The notes: generated from the sequence alone by a model not told the origin. A stretch of 64,000 nt of DNA from Candidatus Cloacimonadales bacterium (GCA_963662275.1 OY759316.1:3808001-3872000), one strand, 5' to 3'; shown: positions 18,574 through 28,492, numbered from the stretch's first letter. Numbers and translations are program-made.

Positions 18574-21096
18574 TCAATCTTTCACATGCTTGTAAAAGAA
18601 ATGTTTTGCCAACTCTGCGGTAGCAATGTAGAGAACGATAATCAAAGCCAGCCAGGGTATGAATTTCAGTGGTAAATCACCAAATCCAAATATGTGTGCT
18701 ATGGGTGTAAACGGTAAAGTTATGGTTAAACCAACGACGATCAATGTTGAAATCAGTAATGCATTCCCGGGTTTGCTCTTATAGAAAGGCTTTCGTGTTC
18801 TAACAACGAGTACGATCAAGGAAGCTGAAACAATAGATTCCATGAACCATCCGGTTCTGAATTCCTCAGGAGTTGCATGAAGAATAAGCATCAGCAATCC
18901 AAAGGTTGCATAATCAAAAATAGAACTAACCAGTCCGAAAGTGATCATGAACTTACGAATGAATTTGATATCCCATCTCCTGGGTATAGCCACCATTTCC
19001 TTATCAACAGAATCTCGGGCAATATTCATTTCCGGGAAATCAGTCATCAGGTTCATCATCAGTATTTGTTTTGGCAATAAAGGTAAGAATGGCAGGAATA
19101 AAGAAGCACCTGCCATGCTGAACATATTTCCGAAATTGGCACTGGTAGCCATGAATACATATTTTTGGGTATTGGCGAAAGTAGTTCTTCCTAGTTGAAT
19201 ACCATGATTCAGCACTTTCAGGTTTTTCTCCATCAAAACGATATCTGCTGCTTCCTTGGCAACATCGACTGCACTTTCCACCGAGATACCCACATCCGCT
19301 GCATGAAGTGCAGATGCATCGTTGATACCGTCACCCATGTAACCGACAACATTACCGCTTTTTCTCAGAGCCATGATGATACGTTCCTTCTGATTCGGTT
19401 CGATTTCAGCAAAGATATTGGTCTTGGAAGCTTTATTGCGAAGAGCTGAATCACTCATCTTGTGCAATTCACTACCAGTCAATATCTTCGGGTCGGCTAA
19501 ACCCATTTCAGTCCCGAGATGCATGGCTATGAGATGATTATCACCTGTGATTATTTTGAGACTAACTCCATTATTCTTCAGATCTTCCACGATCTTCACG
19601 ATTCCCTTTTTCAGCGGATCATGTAAGACAATGAACCCTAGGAAGGTCATTCCTGCCTCTGTCTCTTTATGCAGTTTGACATCTTCCTTTGTTATTTTAT
19701 AGGAAATTCCCAAAGTCCGCATACCCAAATTACTGGTAGCTGCAAACTGCTTGTGAATCACAGGCAGCACTTGGGCAATCGGCACCTTGTTACCATCTAA
19801 CATTTCTGCATCAGTACAGACTTCCAGGATGTTTGTCAAAGCACCTTTTGTGATCATCAAATTCTCATTATCCTTACTGACTACTATGCTGAGACGTTTC
19901 CGATCAAAATCGTAGGGGATTTCATCCAATTTCTTATAGGTACTCACATCAAATGTCTTATGGTCCCGAATTGCTTTGTCGATCGGATTCGTAAATCCTG
20001 ATTCATTGACTGCATTCAAATATGCATATAACATCACTTTTTCACTGGGCTTTCCATTACCATCGAGAGCATCCTGCAATGTAACGACTCCTTCCGTTAA
20101 GGTGCCGGTTTTATCTGAACAAAGTACATTCATGGAACCGAAGTTTTCGATAGAAGCCAGTCTTTTGACAATGACCTTTTCTTTTGCCATCTTCTTAGCA
20201 CCATAAGCTAAATTAATGCTGATGATTGCCGGCAGTAACTGAGGTGTTAAACCAACTGCCAATGCAAGCGAGAACATGAAGGAATCTAATACAGGTTTGT
20301 GAAGGAAGACATTCACACCAAAGATTAATATGACCAGCAGGAGTGTCACTTCCATTAGGAAATACCCGAAACGGCGCACTCCACGTTCAAAATCAGTTTC
20401 CGGAGGATGAAGCTGCAAGCGTTCACTTATCTTTCCGAATTCTGTCTGTTTCCCTGTATGAACAACGATGGCTTTAGCACTGCCACTTACGATATGGGTT
20501 CCCATCCAGATGGAATTTGATCTTTCCGACATCGTTGTATCTGCTTCAATCAAGGAGACAGATTTGTAGGCAGGATAGGTTTCTCCTGTCAATGTCGCTT
20601 CATCAACATATAAGTCTTTTGACTCCAACAATCGGCAATCACCGGGAACCGTGTCCCCTGCATCAAATATGACAACATCGCCCGGTACAACATCTTCTAC
20701 AGCGATTTCTCTTTCTTTGCCATCCCGTACTATCGCTGCTGTGATACGAACTAAGTCCAATAATCGTGAGATGGCATTGGCTGCCCCTTTTTCCTGGAAA
20801 AAACCAAGCAGACCGCTGATGAAAACAATAGTAAGAATTATAACTGTATCTGTCACATCATGAAGGAATATGGAGACAAGGGCAGCAGCAATCAATATGA
20901 GGATGATAGGACTGGAAAACTGTGCAAGCAATAATCTGAGTATCGAATGTGAATGTTCTTTTTTGAGGGTGTTCCTGCCATTTTCCTGTAATCGTTGTTT
21001 CGCAGAGGCACTGCTTAATCCATTTCCATCAGTGTTTAATTGTTTGAGTATTTCTTCGAGTGGAATACTCCAAAAAGGTTTCGGATTTTCATTCAT
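18574..21096 (-). CDS. mgtA: Mg2+-translocating P-type ATPase (P3B)
   Basis: CSDKTGT, TGET, KGA, TGD and GDGIND motifs; SANFGNMFS typical of MgtA/B. Confidence 0.88.
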   Translation of the reverse strand: MNENPKPFWSIPLEEILKQLNTDGNGLSSASAKQRLQENGRNTLKKEHSHSILRLLLAQFSSPIILILIAAALVSIFLHDVTDTVIILTIVFISGLLGFFQEKGAANAISRLLDLVRITAAIVRDGKEREIAVEDVVPGDVVIFDAGDTVPGDCRLLESKDLYVDEATLTGETYPAYKSVSLIEADTTMSERSNSIWMGTHIVSGSAKAIVVHTGKQTEFGKISERLQLHPPETDFERGVRRFGYFLMEVTLLLVILIFGVNVFLHKPVLDSFMFSLALAVGLTPQLLPAIISINLAYGAKKMAKEKVIVKRLASIENFGSMNVLCSDKTGTLTEGVVTLQDALDGNGKPSEKVMLYAYLNAVNESGFTNPIDKAIRDHKTFDVSTYKKLDEIPYDFDRKRLSIVVSKDNENLMITKGALTNILEVCTDAEMLDGNKVPIAQVLPVIHKQFAATSNLGMRTLGISYKITKEDVKLHKETEAGMTFLGFIVLHDPLKKGIVKIVEDLKNNGVSLKIITGDNHLIAMHLGTEMGLADPKILTGSELHKMSDSALRNKASKTNIFAEIEPNQKERIIMALRKSGNVVGYMGDGINDASALHAADVGISVESAVDVAKEAADIVLMEKNLKVLNHGIQLGRTTFANTQKYVFMATSANFGNMFSMAGASLFLPFLPLLPKQILMMNLMTDFPEMNIARDSVDKEMVAIPRRWDIKFIRKFMITFGLVSSIFDYATFGLLMLILHATPEEFRTGWFMESIVSASLIVLVVRTRKPFYKSKPGNALLISTLIVVGLTITLPFTPIAHIFGFGDLPLKFIPWLALIIVLYIATAELAKHFFYKHVKD

Positions 21097-21125
21097 ATTA
21101 TTTCCCTATCACACAGACTTCGGAA

Positions 21126-21248
21126 TTTACACGAAAGCTAAGTGTTTGGAGTTCAATTTCCCATGCAAAACTAGCAGTAACCACCTAGCTAAAAGGGAAA
21201 ATGGACTTCAAATCGACTTTTCATCATCGGTAGCGAAAACCTGCTTTC
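21126..21248 (+). repeat. MITE-like dispersed repeat, family A (~120 bp)
   Basis: Aligns by eye with the reverse complement of 28361..28475 and partly with 26439..26506 and 56901..56947. Confidence 0.75.
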
Positions 21249-21266
21249 AGTTGAGTTCTTACTTCT

Positions 21267-21412
21267 AACTCCGCACTCTCCAACCTATACTTCGACTCCG
21301 CTCAGTAACCGCACCTCCAAAGGGAAGAATCCATATTTAGCCACCCTCTTTTGAGCACAAGAGAGGGGCAGGGGGGGAGTTACACAAAGAGAGGGATTAA
21401 GGGTGAGTTTGA
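21267..21412. repeat. Cluster of REP-like palindromic repeats
   Basis: AACTCCGCACTCTCC and CTTCGACTCCGCTCAG also occur near 23910-23975; GAGGGATTAAGGGTGAGTTTG is the inverse of the 28493 unit. Confidence 0.6.
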
Positions 21413-21453
21413 TTCTCTTCTCTTTCTGAACCTGTCACCTGAAACCTTCTGCA

Positions 21454-21582
21454 CTATTTCACAAACAACATCTTCCTATCCTAAGAGATATAGCAGAAAT
21501 ACAATCCGGAAGCTATAACTTTACCATTATCATCTTTACCATTCCAAGTAACAAAGTGCTGGACTGTATCTTGATGTTCATT
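21454..21582 (-). pseudogene. Remnant of a FlgD-Ig/T9SS-type C-terminal sorting domain
   Basis: Translates NEHQDTVQHFVTWNGKDDNGKVIASGLYFCYIS*DRKMLFVK*; internal stop, no upstream gene body. Confidence 0.7.
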
Positions 21583-21783
21583 TATTATAATATATATAAT
21601 ATTTCTTAGATATCCTTGTCAAGATTATACATTTTGAAATCTTTTCCCACTATATTGTTAACATAATTTAACAGCTTATGGAGTATGTGCAGAAGTTTTC
21701 AAGTATCAAAGCGGACCAGAGCATAGAATTTCGCATGAATGAAAGTAATAATGACAATCAAGTCCGGTACGGACGATAGATAA

Positions 21784-23653
21784 ATAGGGGTAGGGGAGTA
21801 ATCCATTACTGGCTCCCCTCCCTCCGAACCGTACGTGCGGTTCTCCCGCATACGGCTCTCCAGAAAACGAGTTCTCATTTAAGAGATTGACATAATTCCT
21901 GATGGGCTTTGGTTAATGAGAAAAACCCAGCATTATCAAAGATGTAATTTGGATACCTGATATTGTCTTTTCCTGTGGCAATACCATAGCGCTTTTTCCT
22001 CTTTCTGAGGATACTGCGTAGCCTGTGTCTTACCCAGCCATCCAAGTTAGGAAAGACTGTTTTGTAACAGTGTTTGTAATACTCGAACCAACCTCTTTGA
22101 ATCGGCTTGATTTTAGCTATTATGGTTTGTAAGCTGTGGGCATTACTGCGTCCGGTACATTTACGGATGCTGTCTTTGAACTTGTTGATACTCTTCTGTC
22201 TGGGGTATCTTTTACCCTTGAAGAAGTGGTATCCTAAAAATTCCACCGCTTCCGTTTCTGCGTCCAGTATTTTAGTCTTTTCAGGATGCAAAACCAGACC
22301 TGCTTTTTCAACCCATTCGCCTATTGTACATAAAGCCATTTCTGCTTCCTCTCGACTTTGACACATGACTACAAAATCATCCGCATAGCGTATCATTCTA
22401 TAGCCTTTGCCTGCCATAAGCCAGTCCAGAGGATTCAGATAAATGTTTGCCAGTAATGGACTGATAACTGCTCCCTGAGGTGTTCCCGTTTCCGGTGTCC
22501 AGGTTGACGTTGTATCCATTACTTTTTGATTCAAATAGTCATTGATAAGATTCAGAACTTTCCCGTCTGCTATCTTTTCTCCTACACGCTTCATCAGCTT
22601 GTCCTGCGGTATACTGTCAAAGTATCCTTTCAGGTCTGCATCCACAACAAAGACGTATCCCTGCTTGAGAAGTCCATCGACTTGTCTTAAAGCATCTTTG
22701 CAGTCGCGTTTGGGACGAAAGCCATAACTGTGTTCGGCAAATCCCTGTTCAAATATCGGTTCGATTACATTGCGCAGTGCTGTTTGTACTACTCTGTCCG
22801 TGACGGTCGGTATGCCCAAAGGTCTCTTTTCCTTACTGCCCGGTTTATCTATCCAGACACGTTTGATTCCATTGGGTTGATACGCTTCCTTTTGCAACAG
22901 TTCGGAGGTTCGTACTAATCTTGCCAGCGCATGTCTTTTGTAGTGCTGGATGCTGACATTGTCGATACCGGCACTACCTCTGTTGGATGCCACGTGTTTC
23001 CAAGCTGATGCAAGGTTTGCCATGGCATATACCTTGTCTATCAGACTGAACCATTTTCCACCTTTGACGCCCATTTCGAGCGCTGCCAACATTTTGTCAG
23101 ACCATACTGACGGTTCCACCCAACTCCATTGCGGAGGGATTTCTCGTTCTTGTTTAGCCGTTTTCGGCAATAATGAACGTTGATCTTCCATCAATACTCC
23201 TTTCAAAATTCATTTTCCTGTGCCCCTTCGCTACTTTCAGGTTATAGTGTCCTGAATATCATCGCTACTATGAACACTCTGACTCCTGCTGATGTCTCTT
23301 CCCATCAGCAGGTCTCATAGCTTGAGATAGAAACCTTCACAACATTCCGTCTCCAGTCACTTGATACAATCAGTACATGGCTTTTGCACGTCATCTCAGC
23401 CTGTCTGCCATCTTCCGGGGGAAACTCCGGTTCACCCGAAGTGCATCATTCCAGAAGATTTTGGTCTTCGCTTAAGGCTAGCAAGCTCGACATTGTATCC
23501 TGCCGAATCGAGTTCGTTATCCTACGGACTGCTGTTTCGTCATTTGTTACTCCCCACCCCATCTCACGATGAAGCAGTTACATAGACTACCAGGCATGAC
23601 GTAGCCTGAAATGGGACTTGCACCCATCCGATTTCTATCTATCACTATCGTAC
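21784..23653 (-). mobile_element. Group II intron, class IIC (1870 nt)
   Basis: Domain V GAGCCGTATGCGGGAGAACCGCACGTACGGTTC, domain VI ending CCCCTAT; 5' GTACG just downstream of a hairpin; removing the intron restores a REP unit. Confidence 0.9.
21875..23191 (-). CDS. ltrA: Group II intron reverse transcriptase/maturase (no endonuclease domain)
   Basis: RPLGIP, GTPQG and RYADD motifs plus maturase X domain (GWFEYY); AAGGAG RBS before ATG 23191. Confidence 0.93.
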   Translation of the reverse strand: MEDQRSLLPKTAKQEREIPPQWSWVEPSVWSDKMLAALEMGVKGGKWFSLIDKVYAMANLASAWKHVASNRGSAGIDNVSIQHYKRHALARLVRTSELLQKEAYQPNGIKRVWIDKPGSKEKRPLGIPTVTDRVVQTALRNVIEPIFEQGFAEHSYGFRPKRDCKDALRQVDGLLKQGYVFVVDADLKGYFDSIPQDKLMKRVGEKIADGKVLNLINDYLNQKVMDTTSTWTPETGTPQGAVISPLLANIYLNPLDWLMAGKGYRMIRYADDFVVMCQSREEAEMALCTIGEWVEKAGLVLHPEKTKILDAETEAVEFLGYHFFKGKRYPRQKSINKFKDSIRKCTGRSNAHSLQTIIAKIKPIQRGWFEYYKHCYKTVFPNLDGWVRHRLRSILRKRKKRYGIATGKDNIRYPNYIFDNAGFFSLTKAHQELCQSLK

Positions 23654-23875
23654 TAACGCTCGGATTTCAATCCGGCGAGAAGTATCCCCCGCATAAAGTA
23701 GTCCTGTAGGGACGAAAGATGATGAAAAACAGTGAAGAATGGAGACTGTAATCTGTCATCCCAATGGGATTTAGTCAACTCAACAATCGTAACACCGGAT
23801 TAAAATCCAGTGTTAATATCTATCTTCCCCGATGGGAATCAGAGCATAAGGAAGTCAGGTACTGACGATAGATGA
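23654..23875. repeat. REP/REPIN-like hairpin cluster; contains the intron target
   Basis: CGGATTTCAATCCG, GTCCTGTAGGGAC, ATCCCAATGGGAT and CACCGGATTAAAATCCAGTG palindromes. Confidence 0.75.
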
Positions 23876-24024
23876 TGGGGGAAAACAGAAATAGAGATGA
23901 CTCAACTTAACTCCGCACTCTCCGTCAGCTTTTCAAACTCTCCGACACTATGCTTCGACTACGCTCAGCAACCACCACCTCTATTTATCCAAAGAGAGGA
24001 ATGTTTGAAAACAGTGCCACGTTA

Positions 24025-24432
24025 TTATAATACTGTCTTTACATAGGGCAAATAAACTTCGTATTCATCTGCAGGTAAACGATATGGTCTGCCATCTTTC
24101 ACAAAAGCACCGTGGATGGAAGCTCTGCTGCATAATTCCTGTTTGGAGTTGTAAACTTCCTGTATCCAGATTGCTCGCATTCGATTGCCTTTGTCTATCC
24201 ATGTTTTTACAGATATGATATCTTCAAGCTGCAAGCCTTTGATATAATCTATTTCCAAATGAGTAAGATAAATGAAAATACCCTTTTCCTTAAGATTCTT
24301 AATAGACATTTTCATGTCATACAGCGCTTCACTTCTTGCCGCTTCTAAAAGGTTCAGGTAACTGGCATTATTCATGTGTCCATATGAGTCACATTCATAC
24401 CCATAGACTCTTTTTTGAAAAGTAAAGACCAT
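24025..24432 (-). CDS. Acyl-CoA thioesterase (YbgC/4HBT hot-dog fold)
   Basis: ECDSYGHMNNASYL...EAAR motif. Confidence 0.88.
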   Translation of the reverse strand: MVFTFQKRVYGYECDSYGHMNNASYLNLLEAARSEALYDMKMSIKNLKEKGIFIYLTHLEIDYIKGLQLEDIISVKTWIDKGNRMRAIWIQEVYNSKQELCSRASIHGAFVKDGRPYRLPADEYEVYLPYVKTVL

Positions 24433-24558
24433 GAGACACCTCATTAGTTTTTAATGTCCCGATAAAAGATGCTTTGCTTTTCTTGACAATTTAATTTTAT
24501 TTAAAATATGAATTCTTGTAGGGGTTTGCGGTAGTAAATCCGTTCTGAATGAGGTATA

Positions 24559-25362
24559 ATGAAGAAAGTATATCATTACTCAAAAGAAAAATATGACCTC
24601 TTTGCTCCTGAAAAAAAGGAACGCATTCTCAATGAAATCCTAGATGCCCTTCATGCCAACTGGGATGACGTGGAAATGAGAATCACTCTTATCGTCTCCT
24701 ATATGGAATGTGTTGCTTATAGCCCTGAAATTATGCCTGCAAGTTTCTCGGCAATTGTTGAAAAGCTCTCTAACTGTGATACTTTGGAGGATTTTCTCTC
24801 TTTAACTCAAAAGAATGGCATTTTTCCGGGGGCTGGTTATCGAATGGATCAACCTGCTATCCGCCGATATGATGGCATACGGGAAAAGCAGGACTTTCCT
24901 TTCATTGGTGTGCTACATAATCTGCGTTCCGTGTTTAATGTGGGTTCCATCTTTAGAACTACTGAATGTCTGGGTTGGGAAAAGCTCTATCTATGCGAGA
25001 ATACTCCTACACCTGATCAATTGCAGGTTCAGCAGGCATCTATGGGAACTCATGAAGTGGTTGCCTGGGAAGCAAAGGCTGATACAATTGAACTACTGAA
25101 AGAATTGAAAGGAAAAGGCTATCATCTCTATGCGCTTGAGACTTCATCCAATGCTACTTCTCTTAGAGATGTGAAGATAACATATCCCGCAGCCCTAGTT
25201 GTTGGTAACGAAGCATTGGGATTGACTGAAGACATCTTAGAAACCTGTGATGAAGTCATAGAAATACCTATCTTTGGCTGGAAGAATTCATTAAATGTAT
25301 CTGTTGCATTTGCCGTATGTGGCTATGAATGTAATCGACAATACGATAAGGAGAAAACATGA
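24559..25362 (+). CDS. TrmH/SpoU family RNA methyltransferase
   Basis: NVGSIFRT, VVGNEALG and SLNVSVA SPOUT motifs; N-terminal extension. Confidence 0.9.
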   Translation: MKKVYHYSKEKYDLFAPEKKERILNEILDALHANWDDVEMRITLIVSYMECVAYSPEIMPASFSAIVEKLSNCDTLEDFLSLTQKNGIFPGAGYRMDQPAIRRYDGIREKQDFPFIGVLHNLRSVFNVGSIFRTTECLGWEKLYLCENTPTPDQLQVQQASMGTHEVVAWEAKADTIELLKELKGKGYHLYALETSSNATSLRDVKITYPAALVVGNEALGLTEDILETCDEVIEIPIFGWKNSLNVSVAFAVCGYECNRQYDKEKT

Positions 25363-25907
25363 TCAATCGTGAAGATGCAAAAGCTCTTCTTTTTTCTCAC
25401 CTTAAAACCCAAAGTCTGCAGAATCACTGCCTGGCTGTTGCTTATGTCATGGAAGCTCTGGCTCCAAGACTTTCTTTGAATGCTGAAGAATGTTTCATCG
25501 CAGGTCTCCTGCATGATATTGACCTTGATTATATCGGAACTGATTTCAGCCAGCACGGGCAGAAAGCGATGGATTTGCTTAAGGATGCAGGTCTTACCGA
25601 TGAAATGAAGAAAGCGATCCGTGCCCATACCGGAAATGAACCTGTTGAAACTATCTTCGACCAGGCTTTGTGGATCGCTGATCCAATCACAGGACTCATC
25701 ACAGCCAGTGCTTATATGCGACCGGATAGAAAGGTATCAACGATAGAGCTTCCCTCTTTGAAGAAAAAGTTCAAGTCAAAAGGATTTGCAGCCGGTGTTT
25801 CACGTGAACAGGTCCAGGAATGTGAAAAGCTGGATATCAGCTTGGATGATTATCTTTCCTTAGCCTTGAAAGCCATGGCAGATCATGAAGCAGAACTTGG
25901 ATTTTAA
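25359..25907 (+). CDS. HD/HDIG-domain metal-dependent hydrolase
   Basis: H...GLLHDID...H...AH...D motif; KKKFKSKGFAAG. Confidence 0.88.
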   Translation: MINREDAKALLFSHLKTQSLQNHCLAVAYVMEALAPRLSLNAEECFIAGLLHDIDLDYIGTDFSQHGQKAMDLLKDAGLTDEMKKAIRAHTGNEPVETIFDQALWIADPITGLITASAYMRPDRKVSTIELPSLKKKFKSKGFAAGVSREQVQECEKLDISLDDYLSLALKAMADHEAELGF

Positions 25908-26242
25908 TGATATTGAATAATTACCAACTTAGCCAGGTGCTGTCTGTCATCTTTGTCATCCTGAATATCCTGGATGGTCATTCCACTTACATCGTTCTGC
26001 GTCCTGATCATTTCAAGCGAGAGCGTAATCCCATTGCCCGTTGGATTTTCAGGAAACTAAGTGTTTTAAGAGGAATAATCATTTGGAAGTCTGTGTTATT
26101 AATTGCTCTTTTAGTTCTTATCTTCACCCAATACCTTGATGAACCTTATTTTTTGAATATTATCCTGATAATCGCCAATCTCTTCTTCACTTGGGTGGTG
26201 ATACATAATTATAGCGTCTACAAAAAATTAAAAAATTGCTGA
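25907..26242 (+). CDS. Small membrane protein (DUF5658-like)
   Basis: LNILDGHST...ERNP motif, three hydrophobic helices, coupled to the upstream stop. Confidence 0.65.
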   Translation: MILNNYQLSQVLSVIFVILNILDGHSTYIVLRPDHFKRERNPIARWIFRKLSVLRGIIIWKSVLLIALLVLIFTQYLDEPYFLNIILIIANLFFTWVVIHNYSVYKKLKNC

Positions 26243-26299
26243 GAAGACCGTTGGGTATATGCGATTTTCATTATTGAGAGTTGTTGTTGTCACTAATAC

Positions 26300-26367
26300 G
26301 CATTACGGTAGCAATACGGTAGCAATACGGTAGCATTACGGTAAAAAACCGTATTAGTACCGTAATG
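26300..26367 (+). repeat. 11-bp tandem repeat with terminal inverted copies
   Basis: GCA(T/A)TACGGTA x4, then AAAAACCGTATTAGTACCGTAATG; near-identical inverted copy at 57334..57402. Confidence 0.85.
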
Positions 26368-26438
26368 ATATAGTAGTGGAACGGTAATTCAATTGGAGAA
26401 AGTGTTAGGTGCCAGGTGTTTGTTTCAGAGAGAGTTTT

Positions 26439-26691
26439 GCTGAGACTTTTGGAGTTCAATTTCCCAAACTGAATATCAATGAATACCTTACTAAAAGGGC
26501 AAATGGCTTTACATGAAAGCTAAGAGCCGGTTCATTGAGTGATTTCGACGAAGGAGAAATTGTATCGAAATGACCCAATGTGACCCTATAAGGTTGTGCA
26601 ATGTCGTCTCCTCGATACAAATAGATAAATCTCTTCACTCGAAGAACTCAGCTTTCATCCTCAGTAGCGGAAACCTGCTTTCTGGGAAGTT
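26439..26691 (+). repeat. Composite MITE-like repeat: partial family A joined to family B
   Basis: 26439-26506 matches family A; 26508-26691 matches the reverse complement of 63366-63547; subterminal IR ATGAAAGCT/AGCTTTCAT. Confidence 0.8.
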
Positions 26692-26748
26692 AAAAAATCG
26701 AGCATAAACCCATTTTCAATGAGGTTCTGAAAAAGAAGTACTTAACTT

Positions 26749-28338
26749 CTATTTATGTTTGTTAATACGCAGCATTACAAAGGACTTGAGTTGTTTTTTC
26801 TCCCAGCCTTTCAAACTTATCAGGTATGTTGTTGTCAGGTAGAAAATAGAAGAAAGAACAGCATAAATGAGTACTGTGATGAGTTTTTGAGGGTAGGACA
26901 GAATGTATAGTCCTATGGCAAAAGCAAAGCTGAGGATAGCTACAATTACGGTTCTAAAAACAACCGTCTTATAATACTCTAAAATACTGATTTGAGCAAA
27001 ACGGCACGCTTTGGGTATATTGAAAGAGAATGCTAAAATGACATTGGGAATGATTGTACCTAAAGCAACTCCTATTATCGCTGAATCTTTGATCTGGTAA
27101 CCCCAATTTGATAAGATTCCAGGTAATGTATGCATTAAAAGGATACTCAGCCCCAGATTAGCCACAGCTTCGATCATCGCGATACGAGCCAATATCTTGT
27201 GTTCATTTGCCATCAGCAGTACATACACAGAGGACGAACGGAAAAAGAGAAGGATGTACATTGATAATAACAAAAGGATGGCGCATATGATTCCGGCAGT
27301 ATCATTCAAATTAAGCCACAGGTTGAGCAGGGGTTTCACATAAACCAGGAGGGGAATCAAAAGCAACGTTGAGATCATCCCCATTAAACGGTTCGATTGC
27401 AGCATGATTTCTGTCATCTTGGATTTATTCCCTGCTGCAAAGAGTGTTGCCGAAACTGGTCCGAGATTATCCAGGAATTGAGCTGAGAACTTCTGATACG
27501 TATCAGCCAATCGGATAGATATTTGGTAAACTGCCACCATGGCGACGCTGCCAAAGATCGAAATAACGAGCTGATCTGTCTTCATAATGATAATATTCGT
27601 GAAAGTAATGAGATAGGCATAGACTGAAAAACCCATCACAGAACGAAGCAGGGAGCGGTCATAATGCTGCCAGCGAATCTTGAATTCAGGAATGAAACGA
27701 TGCACTACGAGCATCATACTCAAACTTGCACCCAGGTTTGTACCGATGGCAACGAATGCCATACCGACCAGGTTGAGTTTGAAATGAATCATCAGTGCCA
27801 TACCAACGAAATTGAGCGTGATAAAAGTGATCTGGATGAGATTACGAGCATGCATTTTCTGCAATCCGCGCAGGATTTCAGCAAAAAAGCCAAAGGGAAA
27901 AGTGAGTGCAGAACCGATACCGAAGATGATGAGAACTTTTCGGAAATACATGATATTTTCTGCGTGAAAGCCAAAGATACGCTGCAGGTTGAAACTCAGA
28001 ATAACGGAGAAAGCAGCGATGAGAATAGCAAAGAAAGCGTAATTAAAGAAGATCGTGCTGACAATTCGATTGTATTTATTCCAATCCTTAGTCGTGCTGC
28101 ATTCGCTTGTATATTTTTGAATCGATGTACCGAATCCGAAATCCAGGAGAAGAGAATATCCAAATATTGACCACAATAATGCCCAAAAACCATATTCTTC
28201 CCTAGTTAAGCCTAGGAAAAGAATTCGTGTGAGAAAAATGGTAATGAAAATACCAATAATCATCTTTCCATAATTGGAAAGAGTATTGATCAGCATGCGC
28301 TTTCGTAATCCAAGCCCAGGGTTTTCTGCTGTATTCAA
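26749..28338 (-). CDS. wzx: Oligosaccharide flippase (Wzx/MOP)
   Basis: Multi-TM protein with LTREEYG and LLDFGFG motifs; last gene of the polysaccharide operon. Confidence 0.85.
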   Translation of the reverse strand: MNTAENPGLGLRKRMLINTLSNYGKMIIGIFITIFLTRILFLGLTREEYGFWALLWSIFGYSLLLDFGFGTSIQKYTSECSTTKDWNKYNRIVSTIFFNYAFFAILIAAFSVILSFNLQRIFGFHAENIMYFRKVLIIFGIGSALTFPFGFFAEILRGLQKMHARNLIQITFITLNFVGMALMIHFKLNLVGMAFVAIGTNLGASLSMMLVVHRFIPEFKIRWQHYDRSLLRSVMGFSVYAYLITFTNIIIMKTDQLVISIFGSVAMVAVYQISIRLADTYQKFSAQFLDNLGPVSATLFAAGNKSKMTEIMLQSNRLMGMISTLLLIPLLVYVKPLLNLWLNLNDTAGIICAILLLLSMYILLFFRSSSVYVLLMANEHKILARIAMIEAVANLGLSILLMHTLPGILSNWGYQIKDSAIIGVALGTIIPNVILAFSFNIPKACRFAQISILEYYKTVVFRTVIVAILSFAFAIGLYILSYPQKLITVLIYAVLSSIFYLTTTYLISLKGWEKKQLKSFVMLRINKHK

Positions 28339-28360
28339 ATGATATCTCCTTGTTAATCAT

Positions 28361-28475
28361 GTTTTCGCCACCGAGGATGAAAGATCGGTTTGAAGTCCAT
28401 TTGCCCTTTTAGTCAGGTATTCAATGATAATTTGTTCAGGGCAATTGAACTCCAAATCCTCAGCTTTCATGTAAA
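28361..28475 (-). repeat. MITE-like repeat, family A, inside the EPS operon
   Basis: Reverse complement aligns with 21126..21241. Confidence 0.75.
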
Positions 28476-28492
28476 CTTCCACAATCGCAGAA

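Noticed and set aside
21097..21780. M-box riboswitch or mgtL-type leader upstream of mgtA
   Set aside because: No recognisable conserved motif; the region is explained by repeats and a gene remnant. An Rfam scan was not run.
21875..23191. RT as part of a DGR, retron or defence system; the 263-nt duplicate as a TR/VR pair
   Set aside because: Domains V/VI, a maturase domain and exact exon reconstitution identify a group II intron. The duplicate is non-coding with only two mismatches and there is no target gene.
23361..23585. Small ORFs here and at 56921..57124
   Set aside because: They are antisense to intron domain I RNA, and their similarity is due to the DNA duplication.
26300..26367. CRISPR array
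   Set aside because: Contiguous 11-bp units without spacers, and no cas genes.
26271..26638. 60-62 aa ORFs, also 56713..56931 and 28390..28593
   Set aside because: They run through non-coding repeats and have no RBS or protein-like features.
27664..28170. 168-aa plus-strand ORF and other short antisense ORFs in the track
   Set aside because: Shadows of well-supported genes on the opposite strand.
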